DNA of 64,000 nt from Lama glama (GCA_028534125.1 CM052845.1:24552001-24616000); one strand, 5' to 3'. Positions 39,106-51,896 are shown, counted from the first letter of the stretch. Made by a program: numbers and translations. Notes: generated by a model not told the origin, from the sequence alone.

Positions 39106-39504
39106 TAGGGTTAAGGGTGCAGAGAAATCAGAAGCTACGGCCATCCACGTGCTCTTAACGCATCTTTCACTGTGACACTCATCTGTCATGTGTAACACGT
39201 TTAATGAAATACTTTGGGCCTGAGGACAGGTCTGGGCTCACACTTTGCCCCGCTCCGCCTCCCTGTCTCCCCACACACGTTCTCCTCAGCCTCGACGTCT
39301 CCCGGGCTGACTGTCCGGGACGGAAGTTCCAGACCCTCCTGCTGCAGGAAAGCAGGGCCCAGGCCGGCGGAGTAGCCGCTGCGCACTTTCCACGGAAATG
39401 GCTGCCTTTCACCCCGAAGCCCCTTACACCAGGGCTCTACAGAAAGAAAAGCTTCTACAGTGTTGGCCCCTTTCAGCTCCTAGAGGCAGAAGTGCAAGCT
39501 TCAC

Positions 39505-39578
39505 CCCCTTTGGAACTTTCACAGAAGATGTTCCCCTACACCACCCCGAACAGTCCATAAACACCACGCAGCACAGTC
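39505..39578 (-). pseudogene. Exon relic (frame ambiguous)
   Basis: Acceptor gctgtgtctcttag, donor GG|gtgaag; 74 nt. Confidence 0.5.
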
Positions 39579-40565
39579 CTAAGAGACACAGCCTTCCTCC
39601 CAGTCCCTCTTCACGTTCGGACCCTCGAACTGCTGCCTCCTGCTCAGCCCCCAGGCCGGGGGGTCGCTGAGCAGACACACGGACTCATTTTCTACCGGAT
39701 TTTAAATCATGAGACACCTACGGCTCAGAGCCCCTGGCCTACTTACTGCCCTTCTTTCCTCCAGAAAAGAAAGGGGACTTTGGACCACCTTCCAACCTCC
39801 TGGCGAGCCACCTTGTAATTCTCAGTTTCATTGCCCAACCACCCACATCGCAAAACCCCTAGAGCGAGCCCCAGCGCTTCGAAGGGCTCGGCTCCGTGAA
39901 CGCAGCAGGCAGAGGCGGTGCTCCAGGTCCTCGGAGAGCGCTCCTGCGGAGGCCTGACGTCTAGTTTGTGACGTCACCGCAGGCGCAGCGTGCACGCCGG
40001 CAGACAGTGAAGGCTCCCACGTCTCCCGGGACACAGCAAACACTCTGAGAGAGATTTTTTCAAATCGTTTTTTAAATAAATGAAAGTAAGCTAATTGTTC
40101 ATAAATTCTTCTCCATAAACATTTTATAAGCTGCTTACTGATCATAAACTGAATATGAATTCATTTCGGAAAATCTGGGGAGCAATTTTTAAAGAATAAA
40201 GAAACAAAAAAAGATACAAAATCCGAGCACAAGTATCAGCCTTTGGTATTGTTGTTTATAGTCAGCCTTGAAGCACGTATATTTTTAGTTATTTTGGTGT
40301 CATAAGCACTTTACTGTTATTAAATATTATTCAAAAATATGATCTCAGTTACCAGGCCAGAACACGACCCACTTTGTCACTCCTCTATTTTAGAATGTTA
40401 AGGTCCTCTCCAAGCCCTTGCTGATATGCACACGTGCGTCCATGTCTTTGATTGTATCCACAGAAGAATACTCTAGAATTGCCACTGTCTCTCACAAAGG
40501 TTAGAGCTAACTGGATTCCCATTAATCATGTGACACCGGCCCCCTCTGACCCCGCCACCGATCAC

Positions 40566-40656
40566 TCGTATTGACTTTCTCTTCTTTGTCTAATACCGGC
40601 ACGCTTTGAACCTCTGAGCTCTGATTCACGTGTCCATGTAGCTTTCTTTATAAATT
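40566..40656 (-). pseudogene. Exon relic NL*RKLHGHVNQSSEVQSVPVLDKEEKVNT
   Basis: Acceptor ctgatttctttag; phase-0 start; one TAA; donor at 40566 or 40559. Confidence 0.6.
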
Positions 40657-41311
40657 CTAAAGAAATCAGCCCCTGAGCGGTGGGGGACACGTCCCAGCCC
40701 CAACTGTCCCCAAAGGCTGCTCGCAGGGCGGCCGCCGCAGATGCAGACACTCTTCCTTCCTGGCAGGCTGCCGCTCCACCCACCCGCTCCTCCTGCACAG
40801 GGGCCAGGGGCTCGGGGCTGCGTGGGACAAGCCCCAGCATCAAGCGGGGGTCCATCCCCACGTCAGCCTTCCCCAGGAGATCCGTCCTCCAGCCAGGAAG
40901 GGACCTGCAGGCTCCCAGCTCCCATCTGGGTCAATGCAACCTGTGGAACTCGGGGCAGACCCCCAGATGTCACTCAGGCTCCTACCACGTCTGCAAAACC
41001 CTCTGAGGGGCACCCAGAAACCCTGAGAAAGTCTACCCGGAGCTACGCTTTCCAGAGGTAACCATCAGCCAAGTCTGGAGAGGCCACGGAAATCACACAC
41101 CTCAGATCTCATCTCAAACCCACTTCTGTGAACCCTCGTGTGGAATTCGTGACATCTGAGATTGGAAGGTGTCGTCCCAAAGTCAACGGGACTGCGCTGA
41201 CGTAATGAAGTGAGGTCCTCGCGGGGCCAGGTCATAAATTTCACCCTAAACACAACATTGTTTTCTATGGAAAACCCTTTCGTTGGGGCAGTTCACACAG
41301 TGGGGCGAGCA

Positions 41312-41500
41312 CTGCTGATACGGACTGAAATGTGCCCCCCCACCCCGATCCGTGTGCTGAAGCCCTACCCCTCAGTGTGACTGTGTCTGGAGACGGGGTC
41401 TTTGTCAGGGGGGAGGTTAAATGGAGTCTCAGGGCGGGACCTCGTCAGATGGGACTGTTGCTCTAATAAGGAGACAGACAGACAGACACAGGGAGGTGCA
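41312..41500 (+). mobile_element. MLT1 (MaLR) LTR fragment
   Basis: ggactgaaatgtgcccccc...tgctgaagccctacccctcagtgtgactgtgtctggagacggggtcttt. Confidence 0.75.
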
Positions 41501-42574
41501 GGGAGGACCCTGCAGGGACCACCGTGCCCGGTGAGGTCGGGGTGCAGCCCCCCACCAAGCCCCTGCCCGAATGGCGAGTCACAGACGCGACTTCAGCCTC
41601 TCCTCTCATAGCTGAACGCAGTGGGGTGTTTAAGAGCTCGAGGTGTGACAACCAGGCGGAGGGAGGCCAGACACTGAGGCCAGCCCTGCAGAAGCCCAGG
41701 GCCGGGTCCGAGGGCGGCAGGACCCAGGGGGCTTCAGAGGGTGGGACCCACTGCGCACAGACAAGCCACCGCACTCCCAGAAGAGGCCCTCAGATACAGC
41801 AGGGCGTCTTTGTTAGCAAGCTGGGGAATGGTGGCTTTGAGCCGAGAAAGGCTGAGTCTTTCGACCTCAACACGGTTTGACTCTTGGACGGTCACCCCCC
41901 GACGTGCCGGTGGCAGCAGGCAAACAGGAAAACAGCCCTCTTCCCACTTGGCAGCTCTCAGGAATGGCCCTTTAGGACGAAAGGACCCCCCCCCCCGATC
42001 CGCACAACTCTGGCGTTGGCCCGGGTCCCGGCTTCACCTGCTCCCACTTGCCCACGCGGCTTTCATCGCCCGCGTCTGGACGAACGCTCTCACCCTGAGG
42101 TTTGGCTTTTTAACCGACGGTCACGATCTCACAGGCGCCTCATGGGAATGACGCGCCAGAGCGTTTCCGGGCTGCCGGCCACGTCCCAGCGCAGGAGCAA
42201 ACCGCAGCCACAGGACACCTCGGGGACGCTGGGGGGTTCGCGTTTCGAAGCAGCCACGTGCTCTTTTTTGGAGTCTCACACTTCTCAACAAGTGGGCCAA
42301 AAAAGTCCCTTCCATAATCCAAGGTGAGGAATTTGCAAGGAGCCACCTCCGCGTGACTCACAGAAACACTTCAAAACCTTCCTCTGTCCACGCTGACAGC
42401 TGTTCAGGTTATTCAAGGCTCGCTGTCCTCCGCGCCCCGCAGCTGCTTTCTGAGTCCTGCAGTTGGTTTGGGGGCTGAAGGTTTTACTCAGACACTTACA
42501 TCTGTTCACTCCAAACCCAAACCCAAACAAAAAGCCAGCTCCTTTACCGAGAAGTGCCCACGCTCTGAATTCTC

Positions 42575-43045
42575 CAGCTTTGCTGACAAATAAAACTGTA
42601 CGTATTAAAGCGAATGTGACGGTGTCACTCACATCCACACCGTGAAAGGCTCACCGCACAGAGCTGCTTTCTTTCTTGCTCGATGTGGTGCTTATGCACA
42701 AGAGCTATGCGGAGCGGCTCTCAGGCACGCTGCACAGCGTCACTAACTGGTCGCACTAGGCACCTGACCCCGGGAACTCAGTCGTCTTCTATCAGGGAGA
42801 CCATCCCCTTCGACCAGCACCTCTCAAGCCCAGCCCCCAACAATCACCGTTCTGCTCCCTGCTTCAGAGCTCAGTTTCTCTGGACGCCACACGTAAGTGA
42901 GCCCATACAGTGTGTGTCTTTCTCCGCCTGACGTATTTCACAGAGCATAACGCCCACAAGGGCCATCCCTGTTTCACAAAGGTTGGAGCTCCCTCCCTGA
43001 TCACGGCTGAGTAATATTTCACTGTGTGTCTGCTCCACATGCCTA
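42575..43045 (-). mobile_element. L1MA-type 3' end
   Basis: gacaaataaaactgtacgtatt...gtaagtgagcccatacagtgtgtgtctttctc...ggctgagtaatatttc. Confidence 0.8.
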
Positions 43046-43322
43046 CGCTTTTGCTTTTATGTGACTAATACCAGGACGAAGCTGTGAAAGATCCAAGGAC
43101 GACACACGTGTGAAGGTGCTAAAGACATGGGGGAGGATGTTTTTCAATAACCAGACTGGAGGAAATGCATGCGTCCATCAAATTAAAATGAAGATCAATA
43201 AATCACTTTACCAGAAGGCTCTTTGGTCTTAAAACTCATAATCAGAGTTTAATCAGAGGGAGTTCTTTCCTTTCGTTTGACTTAGAGCCCCGTTTTAGAT
43301 TACTCTAAATTACCTTGCTCAC

Positions 43323-43379
43323 TTTAATGTGGTTAATATTAATATAAATTTGTGATGCCAGCTGAACTGGAGTTTGATG
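43323..43379 (-). pseudogene. Exon relic HQTPVQLASQIYININHIK
   Basis: Acceptor ggttttattctag; donor AAA|gtgagc (or AAG|gtaatt at 43314); phase 0->0; open. Confidence 0.75.
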
Positions 43380-43482
43380 CTAGAATAAAACCTGAATAAT
43401 ATGCCAATTACATGCAAACCACATGATTTGTAATCAGAATGATTGTGTCCAGGTCCTTCTTAATTCCAAATCAGCTTTATAC

Positions 43483-43541
43483 TTTGAGAAAGACAGTCAC
43501 AGGCCCCAAAATCTGTTTTGATAAAGTTGGACTTATTTTTT
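43483..43541 (-). pseudogene. Exon relic E-KISPTLSKQILGPVTVFLK
   Basis: Acceptor ctttatatttattttccag, donor AAA|gtataa; 59 nt, phase 1->0; open. Confidence 0.75.
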
Positions 43542-44118
43542 CTGGAAAATAAATATAAAGTGTCATCCCAAATCTCTCTTAAAATTAAAAAGCGCACGAT
43601 TTTTTTTGGCTTACACATCCACACACGCCTCATGACGATCTATCCCACCAATAAGTTACAAAATGTCGTCGTCTCCTAGTTTGGCTTCCCAGTTTTGCAG
43701 AAAGATGAATTCTTTCTATAATCTTCTAAGCACAGCATTCCATGGAGAGCTACCCACATACGTGTCACAGTAAACGAACGTGTTGCCAAGAACGCCCACC
43801 CGGGCGGCACTGATTGCTGAAGCCCAGAGTGGCTTAACTGGCTGGTCATGAGCCCTGTGCTCCTCTGTTAATCCTGGGGACAGGCACGGAAGCTGGGACG
43901 GCATGGCAGGATGGGTGTTCCGGGGACCCTGTTCAGCCACCAGGGCTCCACGCGCTGGTCTGTGAGGTCTACGTCTTGGCAGGGGCTACAAGCCAGCTGG
44001 TTATGTAAGAGGCGGTGCAATTAAAAACCACCAACAGAAAGTAAAGACTCCATGGGATTTAAAAGTCAGTCGTCAAAAGCATCGCTCTGTGGGCCCACAA
44101 GTAGCCTCTTTCAGATAC

Positions 44119-44162
44119 CACAGCAGCTTTCGACACTGAGGCGCAGTGTTTCCTTGTGGATC
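44119..44162 (-). pseudogene. Exon relic E-IHKETLRLSVESCC
   Basis: Acceptor gtgtttactgcag, donor TG|gtatct; 44 nt, phase 2->1; open. Confidence 0.7.
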
Positions 44163-44374
44163 CTGCAGTAAACACACGTAATGAAAAGTGGTCCTCCATT
44201 TCAAAAGATCACCGCGCCGCCCTCCCGGCGTTCTCGCTTCACTGTTCTCGCTTCTGTCTATGTTGACAGTTAAATACAGCCGACACTCTAATAGTTGGCC
44301 AAGTTTAAGACACAAGTGATATTCTCAGATTCATGACAATCTGGCTTCTGAGCAAATACGCACGAATTCTAAGT

Positions 44375-44670
44375 GAGACATTCACCCACCAAATCCAGCA
44401 GGGCCTTAAAAGAGCATCGTAACCAAACCGCGTCTATCCTGGAAGCAGACAAAGGCCTTGGAATCACAAAACGTAACAGCGTGATTGATAAATCAAGGGG
44501 AAAAACACAATTCACATGATACATGTCTCCCAAGCAGCAAAACATCCAAAACACATTCTAGGTAAAAACTCTTCACAAACTAGAAATCGAAAGGAATGTC
44601 TCTAACGTAAGGGTATCAGACCCTCACGGCAAGCGTTATATTCAACATGAAGCACTCACTTTCCTAGACT
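44375..44670 (+). mobile_element. Ancient L1 ORF2 fragment
   Basis: caaatccagcag...aattcacatgat...aaaactcttcacaaactagaaatcgaaaggaa. Confidence 0.7.
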
Positions 44671-45634
44671 CACACACATGCAGAGACACACACAGACACA
44701 CACAGGCACGTGCTGCTCCTGGCTCAGCACAGTGGCTGCAGGTGCAGCCTCTGAGAGCCGGGGCAAGCACGTGAGATTCTAGTTTTCCCCTCGAAGGCTG
44801 GATCACTGCCTTTTAAACAACATGAACACATTTTATATTTCTTATATAATTAAACACAAATGTAACATTTTTCTCAAAATGAAGGGAAAGAATGCACATC
44901 CTTCTAGAGACAATCAGGTGCCCGGCAGACGCTGTCGGGGGAAGGGCTCCAGGCGGCGTGGGCACGTCCAGCACTCGGAGTCCAGTGGACGGCCTGCCAG
45001 CCCCACTCCCCAGGGCAGGGCGCCTGGGGACGTGTGCAGACCCTCCCCAGGAAGAGTCTGTCTCCGGGCTCTAGGCCGGACCTCCCAGAGTCCGGGTGCC
45101 TCCCCTCGTGCCCCCTCTGCCCCACTCAGCGTTGCTTCCTGACCCTGCTGCTGGGTCACGAAGGAGCCATGGATCCAGGCAGAGCTCGCCCTGAGGTGAA
45201 TGAGGCCTCTTTGGCAGCCGAGGGAGCGTGTGAGCTGGTGGGGGGGGGTGACGTGGACACAGCTCCTGGAAGTCGCTGCCCCCCGATCCAGTCCTCACCC
45301 CTGGGCGGAGACCCTCCCTGGGCCCCGCGGAGTGACAGTTTCTGCTGCTCGCCGCCCTCAGGCTCAAGGACACGCTTCTTCAGAATCCATGCCATCACAT
45401 ACTGCACGTGTCCCAAATGCATTTTAGAAGAAGGCACAACACCCTTCTGAGCGGAGGCCCAGCTCCCGACCCGGCCCCTCGGTCACCTGAACCCTAACGC
45501 TTCAAGGGACCCAGCGCTCAGGTCAAGACCACCGAGGACCAAAGCAGCCCATAAAACTCTTCAAAATCCACCGTGACCGGGGGATCCACGTTATAACTTC
45601 ACTGGGTCTACTCCAGCTGGAAAAGGGCACCCAC

Positions 45635-45696
45635 TCTCTCTTCTTTACTTTGGAGTGTTTCTTCGCATTTGCATTATTGATACTTATGTCTGCTTT
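45635..45696 (-). pseudogene. Exon relic KADISINNANAKKHSKVKKR
   Basis: Acceptor ttttcaattacttttccag, donor GA|gtgggt; 62 nt, phase 0->2; open. Confidence 0.7.
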
Positions 45697-47687
45697 CTGG
45701 AAAAGTAATTGAAAATCCATGAACAGACGCTACCCACTGGGGAGGCTACAAGCCCCGGCAGCGGGTAAGGGGGAGGTGCACCTGCCGACCCGCAGGACGG
45801 ACACGGGCCTCCTCTGCCCTCCTTAGCGCCCCGCCCCCACGCCGGAGCCCCCAGGGCGGGGTCCCCAGGACATCTGGGCTCAAGCGCACCTCACTCGCCT
45901 CCATCCAGAGGACCTGCGCCTCCCAGACGCCTCCCCGACTCCTAAGCCACCCGTTTCTCCAGCTACGCGCCAGCTCCTCTTCTCCTGGGACCCCACGCGT
46001 GATGCTCCGTAATTTATTACCTGCTCCCAGCCTCTGGCTTCACTCCCTTGACACAGGGGAGGGCGTAGCCCAGCAGTGGTGCCTCCCAAGGCAGGATATG
46101 TGCACATCCCTGCTCAAGAGAGCGTCCGGGGCCTCAAAACTGGGAGCCCTACGCAGCCCCATTCTGCCACCATCCGGGCCGCACCCACAGGCCTGCTCCC
46201 CGAGGGCAGGTCAGAGAGACGCAGCTGGGTTTTCCAGCCCCTTCTCTGTGGCAGGTGTCCAGGAGCTGAGATGGCTGCGAGGGGTTTAACCCCAGAACCT
46301 TCAGACTCTGCAGAGAAGCTGTGGGTTTAGCCGCAGGCCGAGCAGCACGGCGATCTTTCAGCCTCCTTTTGCCAAAAGAGACCCGAGACTTCCCGTCTGC
46401 GTCTTCGGCCTAAGTTGCTGGCCGTCGGTGAGTTTTTGCTTTGGTTTGTGTCTTCCCACCAACCATGCTCAGATTCAAACCCGGCTAGTTTGCGCTCCGA
46501 CCCTGCCGCGTCCCGCACACTGTACTGGGTGTTTTCAAACACTGTCTGCCGCGTTCTTGCTGTGAGGGGTCTTCCAGGCCTGGAGGCTGAAGGGGCAGGT
46601 GAACGCCCGCGCCTTCCATACACTGCACGGCCCCTGCTTCGCAGACTTGAAACCCACACCCAGGTTTCCTGACTCCACTTCCTCCTCACCCCAGACTGCC
46701 AGTGAAGCCAACGAGGACGCCGTCGTAGGTGCCACAGCAGGCAGAGCACGGTGCAACCGGGGCTCCCCGAGGAGCAGGTCAGCCCACAACGGCCGGCGGC
46801 CCCACGGGCATCCGGGCCGTGCACCCGCCACACTCGTCCCCTGCGAGCCTGGCCCTCTGCCTGGACCTCGGGAAGCAAGGTCCCCTTTCGTGCCCCCCCT
46901 CCACTGACTATGAGGCCACAGTGAGAAGAGGGAGGAAGGCACAGAAAAGCCGCCCATCACTTAGTCACTCAACAACCCCCTAAACCCGACGCGCAGCACC
47001 GACTGGACTCAGGGTGGAAGGGGTCGCTCCTCTGAGCCGCGTTCAGGCCTAGGCGGGGGTCCACCTGCTGATGTCGGTCACGCCAGGTAAGTAACAGGCA
47101 CCCGCTGGAGGCCGTGCTCTCGGAATCCACGGAGCCCCCCAAGACCCACCCCCCAGCGCTTCCAAGAACCTCTGTGAAACCCCCACGTGCTTGCTGGCGG
47201 ACGCATCTCTCGTCAGGCGGAACAGCCCCTCATGACACCCACAGTGACGGCTCCCTGGTCACCGGTGCCCAGGCGGGACGCTCCCGTGTCTTCTGGGGAT
47301 CGGGACCCGTCACTTCCTGTCACTGAGCACCCGGACACATCCAGCACACCTGTGCCATCCCTGCAAGGTGACAGGGGCTGAACACGGACCGGGGGAGGAG
47401 CAGAGCTCAGATCCCTGCAAACAAACCACCAAGGTGGACGTTATCACTTGTCATTCTTACACCTCAGGATGACTGAGGCTGACCACTGATTTGAACTCCT
47501 GTGCCCAGAGCACCGGCCCGTTTTATGGGAGACAATGGTCCCCCTGCCAGGGGATGCTTGGCAGCACCTGCGTTTCATAGCTATAACTTTATTTTCTGGG
47601 TTATTTGGACTTCGCTATAGAGTAGAAGGACCCCTGAGAATTCCACCGTATTTATGCCGTTCAACAAAATCGCCTCTGTGACAGGAC

Positions 47688-48090
47688 AGGCACTGTGTTA
47701 AGAGCTGGACAGGCACTCGTCCAGTCCTCATAACAACCTTGTGAGGTGGTGCCGGCAGGGCTGGCGGGGGCCCTGTTCTGTGTCCTCACGTACAGTAAGG
47801 GTGGGGGCTCTGTGGGGTCTGCTATACGGGCACTAACCCATTCGTGGAGGCTCCACCCTCATGACCTCATCACCTTCCAAAGGCCCCTCTCCTGACACCA
47901 TCACCAGGGGGTTAGGGTTCAAGGTGAATTTTGGAGGGACACAAACACAGTCAGTCCACAGCAGATCGTGACTCTTATGACCCAGATTATCAGATGAAAA
48001 GTCTGAGTCACCAGAGGTTAAGGAACAGGTCCAGGTCACACAGCCAGGAAACGGTGGGCCTGGGGGCGTGGCCCGGAATCCGGGCCTTCC
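47688..48090 (-). mobile_element. MIR SINE split by an MLT1A insertion
   Basis: ggcactgtgttaagagc...cctcataacaaccttgtgagg, and after the LTR cagatgaaaagtctgag...gaggttaagg...ggtcacacagccagg. Confidence 0.75.
47765..47963 (-). mobile_element. MLT1A-type LTR fragment
   Basis: ggcactaacccattcgtggagggctccaccctcatgacctcatcacc...ttttggagggacacaaacacagtcagtccacagca. Confidence 0.85.
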
Positions 48091-48559
48091 TCTGCCCCAT
48101 GCTGATTCTCCAGAGAACAGGGGACTGGTTTCCATTACTGTCCTGGGGGCTGACAGGCACGTGGACAATGAGACACTGAGTGAAATCCCCCCATGGGCTT
48201 TATGCCCAATTTATTTCCCGATGCAGCCACGTTTGCATTCGGGCACCTGCTGCGGCTGCTCGGGCCCTGGGGCTCGGGTATCTGGGCGGGACTCGCCCTC
48301 CAGGTCTCAAGACACACAAGCCAGGCCGGCAACCGGGGCAGAACTCACAACACTGTCTTTCTTTTTCCCAGACCGTCTCCCGGCAAAGCAGGAAAGCCTC
48401 CCCTGGACCAGTGTGGGAGCTGCTCTCAGGAAAGTCTGCAAATACACTAGGATGAGATGGGCTATTTCGGCAACGTCATTTCCCCAGGCTTTTCTGCCCC
48501 CTCCTCCTGCTCAGGACCTGACCCTGCTCACAACTGTCATCTATGTCCCTTCCCCGTTT

Positions 48560-48980
48560 CCTTATTGCAGTAAAACGCACAGGACATAAGTCACCATGGT
48601 AGCCACTGGTACGTGCACCGCCAGGGGCGTCAGGTGCATCTCAATATTGTGTGACCATCCCCTCCGCTCCCTAAACGGAGACTCAGGCCCTCCTAAACAC
48701 TGACTCCCCGTCCCCCACCCAGGGCCCCATCGTCTACCGTCTGTCTATGCATCTGACTCCTCCTTGCACGAGGGGATCCTGCACCGAGTCCCTCTGTGGC
48801 TGGATTATTTTGGGGGTGGAACGTCCTCGGTCGGGCCCACCCACACTGGATCATGGGCCAGAATCCCCTTTCCCTCTGGGGCTGAACAAGTCTCCACCAT
48901 GTAGAAGGACCACGTTTGCTACCTCGCACCTGTGGATGGACACACCATGGCTTCCATGTTTTGGCCGCTGTGAATGTGGG
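48560..48980 (-). mobile_element. L1MB-type 3' end
   Basis: ttattgcagtaaaac...caatattgtgtgaccatc...aaacactgactcccc...tttggccgctgtgaat. Confidence 0.75.
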
Positions 48981-49325
48981 TGTAATTTACATCCTTCCCA
49001 TGAGTTGAAAGAAGGCCCTGAAATTAGGATGGTTTCTCCAAAACACAACAATGCAGAACAAACAGAAGCCAAGCTGGGGCTCCGGCTCTTTTCAGAAAGG
49101 TCTCAGGACAAGCGCGGACTCCCCCGACGTCTGCCCTGAGGGAGGAGAGCTGAGACCACTCTCTGGTTTAATGACCACGGCCAGGGCCCCCGCCTCAGAA
49201 AAGCAGCAGCCAGTGGTCCCGCAGGGGACCCGCTCTGACGTGCCCTCGGGCTGCTCCTGCCCCCGAGCCCAGCCTGGGCACAGGAGGTGCTGCCACTTAA
49301 CAGGGAGGGGCGGTGTCCTTGGCAC

Positions 49326-49372
49326 GAGGCAAGTGAAAATGGTGAAGGTGTGCAATTTATGAAAAGGCTCCA
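49326..49372 (-). pseudogene. Exon relic EPFHKLHTFTIFTCL (RGS-like box 2, helix 3)
   Basis: Strong acceptor ttctcttctcttcctggctcccctacag; donor uncertain, the exon may extend to ~49230. Confidence 0.5.
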
Positions 49373-50085
49373 CTGTAGGGGAGCCAGGAAGAGAAGAGAA
49401 CCAGAGCTCCAGGCCCCGAGCAGGCGACCACGGCCACACACAGCTGCCTGCCAGCCGGCCGCCCTGGCCTTCCCACCAGGGACTCCGCTTCAGCTCAGGG
49501 GGCAGGAGCACCTGCCTCAGGCCAGGACTCAGGCGCCCACTCTGAGCTGCGGCCTCTCTGTGAGTGTGGGTCAGATGTGACCCACTCGGCTCAGTGACCG
49601 GCCCACACAGGAGGGCTTCCATCGGACAAGGCGGGAGGCTCGGCCCTGTCCGCTGAATGCGTATCTGACCCCACCCCAGGCCGGCCTCCTGGCCCCCGGG
49701 GGCAGGCGCACTGCCGAGGAGCCTCCTCCACTGCAGGGGCTACATGTCCAGCCCTCACCCTGCGCCCTGCAGGGCGACCAGCTGCAGAGCCTTCCCAGGA
49801 CCCTGGGGCCCCCAGTCCCTCAGTGCCCCCACGTCACAGATGCAAACTCAGCCTCCAAACAAAGCTGAGCAGACTCCACTGCCAGCCGCCCCCTCCATAC
49901 GCGCCGCTTTAAATACATTCCTGGCTTTCATTGTTGGTGTGTGTGCGAGTTTCCCGACCCGAACAGCACACAAGTCACATCTCATTAGGGAGGGAAATCC
50001 ATTTTTGGTGCCTGTAGCTCTGCCTTCTCGACGCAGTAAACAGATTTGCTGTAATGGACCGTCTGTCCTTGCTCTCCTCGTTCAC

Positions 50086-50193
50086 TAAGACTCTTCCCAG
50101 AAGGAAACATGTCTGAGGTGCCTAAGAAACCCGCTTCCAGGACCCTTAGAACCTTATTCACCACGGGGTCCAAACGGCTCCCCTGACGTCTCC
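50086..50193 (-). pseudogene. Exon relic ETSGEPFGPRGE*GSKGPGSGFLRHLRHVSFWEES
   Basis: Weak acceptor ctgtgtcag; phase-2 start matches the donor at 51065; donor TA|gtgaac. Confidence 0.45.
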
Positions 50194-50644
50194 CTGACAC
50201 AGCCGTCCCAAGGCCCCAGCAGGGCGCAGCTCACCCCTCCGGGTCACCAACCCGGCTTCACCCGCAAAACCGTCCTCAGCAGCTCCCTTGTTTCCAAAAC
50301 CCCACAGACACCCACAAAGCGTGAGTTTGCCAGGGGACACACGGCACACGAGCACACTGTGCAGGCCCCAGGGGACCATCCCTCTGCAGTCACTCCCGAG
50401 GACGCCTACCGGGTCAGCAATAGGTCGAGAGCCCCCGGGGACCCTTACACAGGTCCTTGATCCTCGGGACAGTTTGACTCATCGGGTCATTTTCAATTAA
50501 CCCTCATTCCCTACCTAGAGAAACACACTCCCTCAACCCCATTGAGAGCTGGGCAACAATTTCCTCCAGAACCACAGGGCCGGGCTGCCAGCTCCCCTCC
50601 GGGACCAGCAGCCGGAAGTTATCTGAAGCCACAGACCACATTCA

Positions 50645-50689
50645 CTACACGGAGGCACTGGGCCCTCTACACGGAGGCACTGGGCCCTC
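50645..50689. repeat. 22-bp perfect tandem duplication
   Basis: ctacacggaggcactgggccct x2. Confidence 0.9.
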
Positions 50690-51064
50690 CGACCGCCTGA
50701 CGTGCCGTGCACGCCCACAAGGCGTTGTTGATGTGGCGGTGCTGAGCGAGGGTCCCAGGAACTCACACGGCCCCCCTGCAGGCACCTGACCCCACCCACT
50801 GGTCTGACAGGTGGTGACCAGGAGGCCCAGGGCAGACAGGCATCTGGGGCAGGGGGAGAGGGTGCATCTAAAGTGGCCCCAGTGCCCCTGAGGCCTTGGG
50901 GAGGAGGAGTGCACCCCCAGGGTCTGGGTGTGGTCCCAGCCCTCCCGGAAGGTGACACACTGAGGTCTGGGCTGTGACTTGAATGTTGATAGTTTTACTT
51001 CCCAGATGCAGGCTAGCATCATGAAAAAACATCGTTAACAGCATCCACCAAGTAAACAACTCAC

Positions 51065-51896
51065 TCATTGGATTCAAGCAGCCACACGCGTTTCCGCAGG
51101 CCCTGCTCCAGGCGGCGTCTGGGAGGCGTCTGGGCGCCTAAGCCCCTTTGCTGTCGGGACCGGCTGCGCGTCCTTCTGGGAGCTTGACGGCCTTCCTGCC
51201 TCCGCACTGTGCTCCCGTCCCACGAAGCCCTGAACCCCGTGGGCAGGTCCCCGAGCCGCGGGACAGCGACCAGAGGGGCCTTCCTGCTCAGCTCACAGTC
51301 CACCCCAGGCCCCGTCGTGATTTCAGGGCTTTATTCTCACTCATGAAAAGCTGGAGTTCCGCTGGCGAGCGGGCCGGCTGGTAAAACTCGGGGTACAGCA
51401 GGCACGAGGCCCTAGTGTGGCCCCGTGGGACCTCTGTCCTCACTCTCACTGCCCCTCCGAGTTTCAGGGGTGCTGGCTGCAGGAATTCTCTCGGCACCAA
51501 CGGGAGGAAAGCTGGGGCTCGAGGGAGGCTGCAGACGGAGCAGGCGTCCTACCTCCTCCCCCTCCCTGGGGAGGGGGCACCCACAGGCCAGGGCGCACAG
51601 CAGCCGCGGGGACCTCCGACCCCGCCTGCCAGGCCAGGCTTCGTCCTCCGTGGGTGGGCGAGCGTGGCCTCCCAGGTGCTCGCCCGGACTAACCGAGCCA
51701 GTAGTGCAGGGCCCGCGTCTGCGGTGGGCTGGCTCCGCCCCCAGGGCACCTGCTCTGCCCGCGCCCACGAGGCTCGAGTCCGCGACAACAGGTCCTGGGA
51801 CTGGACTGCGGGTCCAGGCTCTCTCCACGTGGGGCCGTCGACTCTTCATAGTTCAGTCCTGGCGCCGCTCCCCTGCCGGCCTTCCCTGGGCCCCCG
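51065..51896 (-). pseudogene. Large GC-rich exon relic, frameshifted (...GLNYEESTAPRGESLDPQ...PEFYQPARSPAELQLFMSENKALK...RRRLEQGLRKRVWLLESN)
   Basis: Strong donor GA|gtgagt at 51065; overlapping ORFs 51061-51303 and 51288-51500; tentative acceptor ctcctgatccag at 51896. Confidence 0.45.

Larger units (their letters stand above)
37807..39182 (-). pseudogene. Large exon relic interrupted by an MLT1 fragment and an ERV1 LTR
   Basis: Donor GAG|gtaaaa at 37807 (phase 1); open stretches 38714-38998 and 37807-37978; frame rejoins (..RDRTD-VGCMNTLPVEDRQEN..) when LTR 38187-38664 plus one 4-bp TSD is removed; 5' end tentative. Confidence 0.6.

Noticed and set aside
39101-39117. Telomere-like agggttagggttaaggg
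   Set aside because: Fewer than 3 units at the edge of an MLT1 fragment; too short to call an interstitial telomere.
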